This document shows, piece by piece, positions 38,582-48,190 of a DNA stretch of 64,000 nucleotides (position 1 is its first letter; each line of letters opens with the position of its first letter). Location of the stretch: NCBI GenBank assembly GCA_965206595.1, contig OZ242214.1, forward strand, positions 3,456,001 to 3,520,000, read 5' to 3'. The stretch comes from Candidatus Latescibacterota bacterium. GTDB lineage: Bacteria; Latescibacterota; UBA2968; UBA8231. Both the position numbers and the translations under genes were made by a program. The notes beneath the pieces are model-generated. The model did not search any database and was not told the origin of the DNA. It saw only the letters and a program-made list of their open reading frames with translations.

Positions 38582-39475
38582 ATGTCGCTTCAGCGCCGGG
38601 TCAGCGAGCTGCTCGACAGGCTCGACGCCAGAACCTCCGCGTACGCCCGGCACCTGCCCTCCGGTGCCGGGATCGCGGTGCGCGGCGACGAACCCGTCGA
38701 CACCCTGAGCGTGATCAAGATACCGGTGCTGGTTCTCGCTTTCCGCGACGTGGAAGCCGGGAAGCTCGACCCCGAAGGTCGCCGCGTCGTCGGCCCGCAG
38801 GATCTCCGCAACGGCACCGGGGTCCTGAAGAACTTCGAGCCCGGCCTGCAGCCGACCTGGGGAGATCTGCTGACGCAGATGATCGTCACCAGCGACAACA
38901 CCGCCACCGACATCGTCGTCGACAGGGTCGGCTTCGAGCGCGTCAACGACCTGCTGGCCGAGCTCGGGTACGCCGGAACCCGGCTCCAGCACACCCTGGC
39001 CGGCTACTTCCGCCGCCGCTGGGAGCTCCTCGATCCGGCCAACGCCTCGCTGTCGAACGCCGAGGTGTTCGCGCGCGGTTTCCCCCGCGACCCCGGGGCC
39101 ATGGAGCGCGACTTCGCTTTCGAAGGAGAGCCGGGTGAGTGGCTCGGGCGTACGACGGCGCGCGAGATGGCGAACCTGCTGGCGCAGATCGAGAACGCCG
39201 GGCTGGTCAGCCGCCGGTCAAGCGACCGGATGATCGGGATCCTCCTGCGGCAGACCTACAGCTCGCGGCTGCCGCGGCTCGTCGGGGACCGCGTCGCCAT
39301 CGCTCACAAAACCGGGGACTGGGCCCCTCTCGCCGGCAACGACGCCGGCATCATCTACGGGGACAACGGAGCTATCGTCGTCTCGGTGTTCGTCAACCAG
39401 AACCGCGGCGACTTCGCCGAGGTCGAAGAGACCCACGGCCGCATCGCCGAGCTGCTGGTCGAGGCCTGGGGATAA
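38582..39475 (+). CDS. Serine hydrolase, class A beta-lactamase-like fold
   Basis: SVIK (SxxK), SDNTAT, AHKTG; no signal peptide. Confidence 0.88.
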   Translation: MSLQRRVSELLDRLDARTSAYARHLPSGAGIAVRGDEPVDTLSVIKIPVLVLAFRDVEAGKLDPEGRRVVGPQDLRNGTGVLKNFEPGLQPTWGDLLTQMIVTSDNTATDIVVDRVGFERVNDLLAELGYAGTRLQHTLAGYFRRRWELLDPANASLSNAEVFARGFPRDPGAMERDFAFEGEPGEWLGRTTAREMANLLAQIENAGLVSRRSSDRMIGILLRQTYSSRLPRLVGDRVAIAHKTGDWAPLAGNDAGIIYGDNGAIVVSVFVNQNRGDFAEVEETHGRIAELLVEAWG

Positions 39476-39642
39476 TCCGGGGGCGGTTCGTCACGCCCAG
39501 CGGGGTTCTCTGCGTCGCCGTCGCCTGATCAGGGTGGGCAGAACTTCCCGCAGGTGCCGCCCGGGCGCTTCGGACAGGCGGGCAAGGAGGCGGTGGAAAC
39601 GACCGCATCCGGTAGGCCCCCGGCCCGGAAACCGCTCCGCTC

Positions 39643-40722
39643 TCACCCGATCGGCACCTTCTCCTCTGTCAGCGCGCTGTCGTGAAGGGCGTCGAGAATC
39701 TGCATGAAGGTGAAGGCCTCCGCGGCCGGAACGTTCGGCTCCAATTCGCCGGCGATCGCCATCGCGAAATGCTCGAGCTCCTGGTAGAAGAAGAACTCGT
39801 CCGACGGCGGCTCCGTGTACGGTTCCTCTTCCACCTCCTCGCCGATCTCCTCCCTCGCGAAGCCATCGCCCTTGCGCCGGAAGATCGCCTTGTCGTCCCC
39901 CCGGCTCGCCGCCCTCTTCGGGTCCTCCCCGGTGATGGTCCCCTCCGTTCCGTAGAGGGCGAACACCTTCGGGGAGTCGGCCTGGTCGACGTTCGAACAG
40001 GAGATCTCGATGGTGCGGTCCCCCTCGAAGCGGACAAGGCCGCTGAAATAGTTCTCCGACGGCACGGCGCCGGCACCAGGTTCGGGAGTATGCAAGGTGT
40101 GCTTGATGGCGAACGCCCACTGCGGCTGAGGGCAGCCCATGAACCACCACAGCAGGTCGAGATCGTGGGAGAAATGCTGCCCCAAGGGACCTCCCTTATT
40201 GCCGTACACGTGCTGCCAGCGCTCGAAGTCGTTCACGGGCGGGGGCGCCGCGCTGCGGTTGAAGCACCGCCCGTGGTAGACCCGGCCGATGCGGCCGCGC
40301 TCCACCGCGGCCCGTATTCGCCGGTTGTGCACCTGGTGGCGGAAGAAATAGGAGAACATCAGAACCTTCTCCGCTCTGCGTGAGGCGGCCTCCATCTCGA
40401 GGACCTGCGCCGCCCGGGTGGCGTGCGGTTTCTGCACCAGGGCGTGCTTGCCTGCCGCGAAACCTTCCAGCACCATCCGCAGGCGGATGTCTGGAGGAAC
40501 GCCGTAGTAGACCGCGTCGACGTCGCCGTCATCGAGAACTTCGCGGTAGTCGCCATACACCCGCTCCACCGGAAACTCTTCGGCAACCGAACGCCGGCGC
40601 CCCTCGTCCGGATCGGCGAGGGCCAGGGCGGTCATCCGGGACAGCGGCCCGCAGTTCTTCGCCGCCTGCTGTCCGGTGAAACCGGCCCCGATGATGCCCA
40701 GTCTGATCGGTTCGGAGTTCAT
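39643..40722 (-). CDS. Gfo/Idh/MocA oxidoreductase
   Basis: 'LGIIGAG', 'VDAVY', 'GKHALVQKP', 'GGPLGQHFSHDLD'. Confidence 0.92.
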   Translation of the reverse strand: MNSEPIRLGIIGAGFTGQQAAKNCGPLSRMTALALADPDEGRRRSVAEEFPVERVYGDYREVLDDGDVDAVYYGVPPDIRLRMVLEGFAAGKHALVQKPHATRAAQVLEMEAASRRAEKVLMFSYFFRHQVHNRRIRAAVERGRIGRVYHGRCFNRSAAPPPVNDFERWQHVYGNKGGPLGQHFSHDLDLLWWFMGCPQPQWAFAIKHTLHTPEPGAGAVPSENYFSGLVRFEGDRTIEISCSNVDQADSPKVFALYGTEGTITGEDPKRAASRGDDKAIFRRKGDGFAREEIGEEVEEEPYTEPPSDEFFFYQELEHFAMAIAGELEPNVPAAEAFTFMQILDALHDSALTEEKVPIG

Positions 40723-40731
40723 CTCCTCTGC

Positions 40732-41562
40732 TCAGCCTCCGTCGCTCCAGGCCTCGTAGCGGGCCACCGCCAGGTCATCGAGGCTTTCCTGCCGTCCCTC
40801 CACCACCTCCAGCCTCACCGTGGTCTCCAGCAGGTCCCCAGGCCCGGCGTCGCCGCCGAAGAGGTGGAAGTACTGCGAGTTGTGGAAGCCGTTGTACCCC
40901 GAGAGCCCGATGCAGTCCCGGCGCCTGGCCATCGAGACGACGGAGGGACCGAAGCGATGCTGCTGGGTCATCAGCGGCAGCGCGTAGTCCGGTCCCAGCA
41001 TCCAGTTCTGGGACGGCTTCGTCATCCAGCGCCCGTCGAGGAAGACGCGGCGCGCTTCGCCGTCCCGGGGCCACGCCTCGTCGTTGAATTCCCCGCACCA
41101 GGCGGTCTCGTACCAGCGCATCGGAACGGCCGCATCGACGCTCGCGTCCCGCAGGGCAAAACGCGGCCTGTGGTAGGGGGTGAAGTAGCTCGACACGAAC
41201 AGCTCGTAGGCGGCGTAGGGCTGCAGGACCTCGGCCCGAATCCCCATTTCGACGGCGAGCTGATCCGCGAATACCCGGTAGCGCACGGATAGGCGGACGT
41301 TGTTTTCAGGGCACGGGGGCCAGCGCACCACCGCGTCCCCCTCTTCGACCGACACCTCGGCTTGCCGCTGGCGCACGATATCGATCTGACGGGCATCCGC
41401 GGCGGCCCGGTAGATGCTGAGCCAGGCGAACTCCGGCCCTTCGTCGAGGTGGAAATGGGTCCCCTTCGACAGGCGGATTCCGTTGCTGCCGAGAACGGCG
41501 ACCGACCAGTCTCCCATCGGGGACTGGATCGTTTCAGGTAGCGTGCAGGTGACAAACGACAT
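40732..41562 (-). CDS. Hypothetical protein (beta-rich)
   Basis: GGAGG RBS; co-oriented with the oxidoreductase, 9-bp gap; 'YELFVSSYF', 'SQYFHLFG'. Confidence 0.7.
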   Translation of the reverse strand: MSFVTCTLPETIQSPMGDWSVAVLGSNGIRLSKGTHFHLDEGPEFAWLSIYRAAADARQIDIVRQRQAEVSVEEGDAVVRWPPCPENNVRLSVRYRVFADQLAVEMGIRAEVLQPYAAYELFVSSYFTPYHRPRFALRDASVDAAVPMRWYETAWCGEFNDEAWPRDGEARRVFLDGRWMTKPSQNWMLGPDYALPLMTQQHRFGPSVVSMARRRDCIGLSGYNGFHNSQYFHLFGGDAGPGDLLETTVRLEVVEGRQESLDDLAVARYEAWSDGG

Positions 41563-41623
41563 GGAGTTCCTCCGCTTTCAATGCAGGCCCCCCCAGGGCG
41601 GTCATGGGATGCGGTTGGAGTAA

Positions 41624-41703
41624 ACCGGGCTCTGGCTCGCGGCGTTGCCTTCGCTTGCCGTACACCCTCGGTACGACTCGCTCAGACGCCTTGCGATCCG
41701 GGT
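41624..41703. repeat. Intergenic imperfect palindrome (REP/MITE-like)
   Basis: tcgc-ggcgt...cgtac-accctcg-gtacg...acgcc-ttgcga nested stems. Confidence 0.4.
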
Positions 41704-41897
41704 GCCTCGACGACCGAATTATTGCCATCTATTTCCGGGACAGAACACTTGGACGAAGCGGGTATCTGCCGCGCCATGCAAGGTCATCCCCGGTTGGCAA
41801 CCTCGTCCCGTGGGGCTCCCATCGCGTTGGACCAGCGGGGGGGAGGGGGCGCCGGTGAGCCCGGGGAGCTTGGGAACGTCCGCAGGAGAAGGCCCCG

Positions 41898-42338
41898 TCA
41901 CTCGCTGCGGCGCAATCCGAAGGCGGTCAGGGCGAGTCCGGCAAGGAAGCAGAGCGCCCCGACCGGAACCAGGAGAATGCCGATGAACGGGTCTCCGCCA
42001 TGAGTCCAGATTCCCCCGAGAAAGAACCCCAGGGGAAGAAGCAGGGCCGCGGCCATCAGCAGCGGGGAGGCCTTCGCCACGCGCTCGGCCTTGGCCTCCT
42101 CCTGGCTCCCCGCCACAAGAGCGTACAGGATGTTGACGATTGCCAGGAGGCCCCCGTGGGCGTGTGCGAGCCTCCACATCAGCCGGCGCACCTCGTTTCC
42201 GACGTCGAGGTACCACCCGACCTTGAAGCCGTGCATCGACTCCAGCGCAATCCCCAGCGTCGCGAAGAGGAGCAGGGCGAGCCATCCGAAGCGCATGTTG
42301 CGGCCGGCAATCCGCCGGGAATCTGTCGTGGTATTCAT
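41898..42338 (-). CDS. Small 4-TM membrane protein with AHAHG motif
   Basis: 'RFGWLALLLFATLGIALESMHG...RRLMWRLAHAHGGLL...LPLGFFLGG'; GAGG RBS; follows the cytochrome gene by 8 bp. Confidence 0.75.
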   Translation of the reverse strand: MNTTTDSRRIAGRNMRFGWLALLLFATLGIALESMHGFKVGWYLDVGNEVRRLMWRLAHAHGGLLAIVNILYALVAGSQEEAKAERVAKASPLLMAAALLLPLGFFLGGIWTHGGDPFIGILLVPVGALCFLAGLALTAFGLRRSE

Positions 42339-42346
42339 CCGTCCCC

Positions 42347-44221
42347 TCACTCCTGAAGATAGACCACCCGGTTGTCGCGGCGGCTCAGCAACTCCTGCAG
42401 GACGCCGATGTCGACGGCTCCGGAACGTATCAGCAGCCCCGAGACCTCGCCGGCTCCGGCCGCGGTGCGGCGCCAGGTTCTCCTCAGCTCGCCCAGGGCT
42501 GCCGCCCGCTGCCGCGGCGGGGAGTCGAACTCGTACGCCAGCGTCTCGTACTCCGGAATCGTCATCAGGGTCTGATGGGCGCGGTAGCGAACCACGTCGT
42601 ACGAGTCCTGCATCAACAGCCCCAGGAACGGCGGCATCCACCAGGAGCCGGCCGCCTCCTGTGCCTCTTCCCGGCCGAAGGCCCAGGCCATGATCCCTCG
42701 CTGCCCGGCATCCCCCCTTATGGCTAGCAGGGGACCGACGGCGACGTCCCGTTCGTCCGGGGGGATCGTCGGCTGCGGTTGGCCGTACCACTCCTCGAGG
42801 TGAGCCGCCGTCCATGCGTAGGTCCTGTCGAGGTGGCACAGATTGCAGGCGTCGGGACGCCCGGTCTCCACTGCGCCGGCGACGTTGGGCGAGGTGATGG
42901 CGTGGCTGCGAATCGCCCGCTGCTGTCCCCAGGTGGTGTGCGGCATGTGGCAGTTGATGCACTGGCTGGCAGCCGACTCGGGCGGGTGGTGCGTGTGCGC
43001 CTGCAGGTTCCCGGGCCCGTCGAATCCTGAATGGCACTGCACGCAGGCCCGGGGACCCTCCATCCGCGGCTTCAGCTGGCGGTTCGCCCAGGTCTTTGCC
43101 GGGCGGACGTCGCCGTGATCCTGGTGCATCTCGTGGCACGAGAGACAGGTCATGATGCCGCGGTCCGGGTCGCCGTGAGTGAAACAGGGGGAAACCATCA
43201 GGTCGTTGTACTCCCTGCCGGTGACGCGCACCAGGCCGTCCGCCCAGAAGTACTGCTCCCCCTCGAAGCTGACCTCGCGGAGCGGCAGCTCCCCGTCCCC
43301 TGCCCGGAACGGGGAGCCGTTCATTTTCCAGGCCGTGAAATCGGCGTCGCTCTTCGGATCGAAGACCGCGTGGCACTGGCCGCAGACCAGGGACTGGGGG
43401 CCCGGCTCCAGCCGCTTCGGGTTGACGATGGTCGGATCCGCATCATCGCTCCAGTAAAAGGCGTAGCGGCTCGCGGGAGAGCGGCGCGCCCGTACGTGCG
43501 CCTCACCGGGACCGTGGCAGGACTCGCAGGCAATCCCGAATTCCACGGCCTCCGAATCGAAGCCCTCTCCCGGAACGAGCCCGGGATTGCCGCGGGTCGA
43601 ATGGCAGAGAATGCAGGAGGCGTTCCAGAGTCCGGAGACCCCCGGCATGGGCTCGGGAGGCTTGAGAAAGACAGAACCGATGTACATCCAGCGGTCGGTG
43701 CCGATGACGTAGGCGGCATCGAGGATGCGCAGGGAGCGGTCGAAATCCCCGGCTTCGTACCAGTAAACCTGGAAATGGTGCGACCCCGTGGTCATGACGA
43801 TGCGGCGCCGGATCCACGGGCGGGAACCGGCCGGCCCGCGGGCATCGGGATCGCGGAACCCGACCCAGATTTCGTTGTTTTCGACGCTGAAGCGGTACTG
43901 TCCCGACCCGGTGGTGACGCTGAGTTCGTCGAGGGGGGTGGCGACGGTCCGGGGCGAGGCGACCTGCGTCATGGTGCGGTGCCAGGAAGCCCGCCAGGAA
44001 TCGTACTGCCCGGGATGGCAGGAACGGCAGGCCCTGGAAGAGACGAAATCCCCGGTGGCTGCCTCTATGGGGCGGTGTTGCGGTTGCGGCTGCTCCGAGA
44101 GCGGGTACGGCTTCCGGTAACCGGTGGCAATCCCCAGACAGACGATTACCGAGCCGAGAAGCGCATATCCCAGTTTCCGCTTGATCCGCCCTCCCGCATC
44201 GGAACTACGGGCTTGACCCAC
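42347..44221 (-). CDS. Membrane-anchored octaheme c-type cytochrome
   Basis: CRSCH, CILCH, CESCH, CGQCH, CLSCH, CVQCH, CINCH, CNLCH; N-terminal TM helix. Confidence 0.92.
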   Translation of the reverse strand: MGQARSSDAGGRIKRKLGYALLGSVIVCLGIATGYRKPYPLSEQPQPQHRPIEAATGDFVSSRACRSCHPGQYDSWRASWHRTMTQVASPRTVATPLDELSVTTGSGQYRFSVENNEIWVGFRDPDARGPAGSRPWIRRRIVMTTGSHHFQVYWYEAGDFDRSLRILDAAYVIGTDRWMYIGSVFLKPPEPMPGVSGLWNASCILCHSTRGNPGLVPGEGFDSEAVEFGIACESCHGPGEAHVRARRSPASRYAFYWSDDADPTIVNPKRLEPGPQSLVCGQCHAVFDPKSDADFTAWKMNGSPFRAGDGELPLREVSFEGEQYFWADGLVRVTGREYNDLMVSPCFTHGDPDRGIMTCLSCHEMHQDHGDVRPAKTWANRQLKPRMEGPRACVQCHSGFDGPGNLQAHTHHPPESAASQCINCHMPHTTWGQQRAIRSHAITSPNVAGAVETGRPDACNLCHLDRTYAWTAAHLEEWYGQPQPTIPPDERDVAVGPLLAIRGDAGQRGIMAWAFGREEAQEAAGSWWMPPFLGLLMQDSYDVVRYRAHQTLMTIPEYETLAYEFDSPPRQRAAALGELRRTWRRTAAGAGEVSGLLIRSGAVDIGVLQELLSRRDNRVVYLQE

Positions 44222-44233
44222 CCCTTGACGGCA

Positions 44234-46915
44234 CTAGTAGGTGAGGGCCACCGTGCGCAGCAACTCCCGGCTGCCGACGCCGGTGTCCCCGGTGTCGGAG
44301 GCGAGCTTCAGACGCACCGCATACACACCCGGAGGCACCAGCGCCTCCGCCTCGTCGCGGCCGTCCCAGGCGACGGTGTAGCCGCCCGCGCTGACCTCCC
44401 TCCGCTCCTCCAGACGACGCACGCGACGGCCCGTCAGATCGTAGACCTCCACCGCCACCGCGGTGCTGGCACCCACCATCATCACCGTGAAATCGAGCCG
44501 CAACTCGTCGTTCACCCCGTCTCCGTTGGGAGAAAAAACCCGCGGCGAAATCGCCAGATCCCTGAACAGCAGCTTGTGCTCCGGCTGCGCCACCAGCTGC
44601 AGGGAACTGCGCGGAACCTTTTCGTCGACCCGCTGCCAGAAACCTTCCCCCTGCGAGTTGCGCAGGTGCACCTGCAGGCGGCCCCCGGCAGTCAGCAGGA
44701 TTCCCCTGAAGTCGACGCGCAACACCTCCGCTTCCGAAGCAACCGCATCGAACGCGATGTGGAGACTGTCCGGGGTGTCCGACACCATGCGTACGTTCTC
44801 CAGGCGCAAGCCGCCGGGGTCGCCCCCTTCCGCGAAGGCCGACGCCGGACCGGCGAAAACCGAATCGCGAGCAGGGTCGAAATGCACCTCCATTCCGGGA
44901 GGCGGTTTAATCAGCAGCTCGTCGAAGCTCTGCTGAAGGGAGCCGAGTTCCACCAGGAGATTGAAACCGCGTTCCACCCCGAGAGAATCGACGCGGGTCG
45001 GAACCACCAGCCCCTGCAGGCTTTGCGCCACCGGGTCCGAAAAGTTCACGCGCACCGCGTCCAGAGTTGCAAATGCCTCCTGATCACCAGACAACAGCCG
45101 CGCCCGCACCTTGAGGTACTTGCGCGGCGACGGCGAGGTGATCGCACTACCCGACGCCACTCCGTACGGCTCGCTCCACGGCTCCCAGTCGCTGCTCGCC
45201 ACCTCCTCGGGAACGATGTCCCCTTTCTGCGAGCTGATGCGGATCTTGCTGTACGCCACCTCCGTAATTTCCGTTCCATCCGCCTTGAAGTAGTGCAGCA
45301 GGGTATCGAGCGAGTTCCCGGTGCGCGTCTGCACCTCGACGCGGGTGCCGGGCTGGTGGGCGGAGTCCCACTCGATGGTGGTCAGGTTGCGGCTGCCGCC
45401 CAGCTGGATGAGACTGGAGGTCAACTCGACCCGGGGCTGGTACCCTTCTCCGTACAACTGCAGCTCACTGAGAAGCGCATCGCCGAGATTGTCGCGCGGA
45501 AGGGCTTCGAACCCGACGTCCCACTCGATGCGGAAGAACCTCGCAGTCACGCGTGGGAACTCCTCGATATTCAGGATAATGCGGCTGCGGCCGCCGTTCC
45601 TCTCGGCCACTGTCTGCCACTTGAGACCACCATCCACCTCCTTGGTGCCGTCGGAAACATCGAGGCGGTAATCGTACCACGAGGTGGCGCGGGCGACCCC
45701 CCTGCCGCCGGCCAGCCTGAATCCCTCTATCCAGAAAAACGAGCCCAGGTCGATGAACAACTCGTCCGTCAGCCGGTTGGGGTCGGCGTTGCTGAGCCTC
45801 ATCTTTTCCTGCGATTCGATGTTTCCGTCGATGAGATTCAGCGGATTCACCGAAGTGGGAGCGGAATTGACGATCACGCCGCGGCGGCGAATCACGCCGC
45901 TCGCAAGGTCGTCACCGGGACCCCAGACTTCCAGCTCGGCCAACCGCGGACGTTCCCGCCTGTAATAGCGGATTCCCCCTTTCAGGGCCTCATCCAGCCG
46001 TTCGTAGTCATCCGGGTCGAGGGTGACTTCACCGCCGTTCGACAGGCGCTTTACGTAATCGATCGCCCCGGCGTCTTCCGGCGACTCCTCCAGAAGCCGG
46101 TTGTAAGCCTCTTCGCCGATCTCCTGGCCGCGGTCGAGGTCGCTGCCGTGTACGACCACCTGAACGAACCGCACAGCCCTCTTTTCCCCGTCCAGAACGG
46201 ATCCGGCCGTTCCTCCCGAAATGCAGGAATTGTCAGGGCAGGCGGTCGTACCGACCAACTCCGGTTTCGGGTCTGACTCAGCCCGCAAGTCGGCTTCGAA
46301 CACTCGCTGGCTCTTGTTGGGCCGCAGCGTCTGGATGACCTGCCGAAAGTCCAGGCTCTTGCTCGCGGGGGCCGTCCCCGGCGCCTGGCCGTTGGAGACC
46401 AGAACGTCAAAGAGGAGAAACGGATCCCCCATACCCTCTTCGACGAACTTCAACACCATCCGGTCCGCCAACACGATGCGGCCGAGATCGATGGTGAACC
46501 ACCACTGCGTCGCCAGGCCGAAATCGCCCGACGGGATCTCCGGCTCCCAGTACGTAGTCAGGTCGCCGTCGAACAGGTTGACGACATCCTCGCGGTTGGA
46601 GACACCCTGGATCGCGTCCAGCAGGGATATCTCCGCCGGGTCTTTGCGCGCCAGCTCCTGGGGCGGATTCCAGCGCAGGTGATCGACGATGTCGAGAACC
46701 GCGTTTGTCCGCCGTCGCCAACGACGGGGGCGAAGCTCCCCGGAGGAGCTGATATCGAGTGTCCCTTCGGCGAACTCCCACTGCTCCCAATGGCTTTGCG
46801 AGTCGATAACCACCTGGTTTCCGAGAATGCTGTACCCTGGCTGCGCCGCGATTCCCGCTGGGAAGAAATGCGCCCAGATGATTGCGCCTGCGAAAAACTG
46901 ACAGAACCTTTTCAT
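44234..46915 (-). CDS. Large secreted protein with discoidin-like segments and C-terminal FlgD-Ig domain (paralog A)
   Basis: Signal peptide; 'NLFDGDLTTYWEP', 'FTIDLG'; C-terminal 'FSPNGDGVND...VYDLTGRRVR...WDGRDE...PPGVY'. Confidence 0.85.
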   Translation of the reverse strand: MKRFCQFFAGAIIWAHFFPAGIAAQPGYSILGNQVVIDSQSHWEQWEFAEGTLDISSSGELRPRRWRRRTNAVLDIVDHLRWNPPQELARKDPAEISLLDAIQGVSNREDVVNLFDGDLTTYWEPEIPSGDFGLATQWWFTIDLGRIVLADRMVLKFVEEGMGDPFLLFDVLVSNGQAPGTAPASKSLDFRQVIQTLRPNKSQRVFEADLRAESDPKPELVGTTACPDNSCISGGTAGSVLDGEKRAVRFVQVVVHGSDLDRGQEIGEEAYNRLLEESPEDAGAIDYVKRLSNGGEVTLDPDDYERLDEALKGGIRYYRRERPRLAELEVWGPGDDLASGVIRRRGVIVNSAPTSVNPLNLIDGNIESQEKMRLSNADPNRLTDELFIDLGSFFWIEGFRLAGGRGVARATSWYDYRLDVSDGTKEVDGGLKWQTVAERNGGRSRIILNIEEFPRVTARFFRIEWDVGFEALPRDNLGDALLSELQLYGEGYQPRVELTSSLIQLGGSRNLTTIEWDSAHQPGTRVEVQTRTGNSLDTLLHYFKADGTEITEVAYSKIRISSQKGDIVPEEVASSDWEPWSEPYGVASGSAITSPSPRKYLKVRARLLSGDQEAFATLDAVRVNFSDPVAQSLQGLVVPTRVDSLGVERGFNLLVELGSLQQSFDELLIKPPPGMEVHFDPARDSVFAGPASAFAEGGDPGGLRLENVRMVSDTPDSLHIAFDAVASEAEVLRVDFRGILLTAGGRLQVHLRNSQGEGFWQRVDEKVPRSSLQLVAQPEHKLLFRDLAISPRVFSPNGDGVNDELRLDFTVMMVGASTAVAVEVYDLTGRRVRRLEERREVSAGGYTVAWDGRDEAEALVPPGVYAVRLKLASDTGDTGVGSRELLRTVALTY

Positions 46916-47046
46916 CCTGTGCCTATCCTCCAGATCCATCCGGTTACAATCTAAATCTGTTACGATTGTACATAATCCACGGTTTGGAAAAAAGCCCGGG
47001 GCATTTCTCCTAACAAACTGAATAATAAGGGGTTGAAGCCCTGGTC

Positions 47047-48011
47047 AGGCGGTGCTGGTAGGTGAGGGCCACCAGGCGCGGCAGCTCCCGGCTGCCGACG
47101 CCGGTACCCCCGGTGTCGAAGGCGGCTTCAGGCGCACCGAGCACACACCCGGAAGCACCAACTCATCCGCCTCGTCTTGGCCGTCCCAGGGGATCGCGTA
47201 GCCGCCTGCGCTGACCTCCCGCCCCTCTTCCAGACGGCGCACGCGACGGCCCGTCAGGTGGGAAATTTCGGCGGCCACCGCCGTGCTCGCCGTTGGCCTT
47301 GTAGAAGTGCAGCAGCGTATCGAGCGTGTTCCCGGTACGCGTGCACCTCGACGCGGGTGCCGGGCTGGCGATCGGAGTCCCACTCGATGCGGAAATACCT
47401 CCCGATCACTGGTTGAAACTCATCGACACTCAGCGAAATGCGTTTGCCAAAGCCTCTGCCGATGTTTCTCTCCGCCACTGTCAGCCACTTGAGCCCCCCG
47501 TCCACCTCCTTGACCTGCGATTCGATGTTGCCGTCGATGAGATTCTGCGGATGTACGGAATTGCGGGCGCTATTGACGATCGACCCCCTGCGGCGAATTA
47601 CGCCCCTCGCCAGGTCGACGTCGCCCGTCATAATTCCGGCTCCCAGAAAGTGGTCATGTCGCCGTCGAAGGCGTTGACGACCTCCTCGAGGTTGGAGACG
47701 CCCTGGACCGCGTCGAGCAGGATAATCTTCGCCGGTGCCCTGTCGGCCAGCTCCTCGGGCGGACTCCAGCGCAAGTGATCGACGATGTCGAGAACGGCGT
47801 TTATCGGCCGGTGCCAGCGACGGGGCAGAAGCTCGCCGGAAGAGGTGATCTCCAGTGTCCCTTCGGCGAACTCCCAGATCCCCCAGTGGCTCGGCGAATT
47901 GACAACCACCTGGTTCCGCGAATGCTGTACCTTGGCTGCGCGGCTGCTTCCCCTGCGGCAAAGTGGACCCAGATGATCGCGCTTCCGGGCAAACGGACAG
48001 AACCTTTTCAT
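47047..48011 (-). pseudogene. Internally deleted, frameshifted remnant of a close paralog of 44234-46915
   Basis: Collinear blocks match the parent's 5' end, two internal segments and 3' end; junction ggagtcccactcgatgcggaa fuses two parent sites sharing gtcccactcgatg. Confidence 0.9.
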
Positions 48012-48190
48012 CCCGGTCACCTCGGCGGCAAGCCTTTCGACGCAGGATCCACTCTATTTTGAGCATACTGTCTTTATTTCCAGGCTCCCAAACAGTTCGG
48101 TAGCGGAACTTCCCGGCACCTGAACTTCATGGGTTTGAAGCTGCCGCGCGGTCCCGTTCGTTCACCTCTGCCTTCCTCTGAGCCTTTGCC

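Noticed and set aside
38582-39475. Antibiotic-resistance beta-lactamase
   Set aside because: Fold motifs are present, but there is no signal peptide and the context is catabolic; resistance is not supportable.
19616-46276. Very long alternative-frame ORFs (811, 814, 1201 and 1081 aa, among others)
   Set aside because: Antisense or frame shadows of well-supported genes, expected in high-GC DNA.
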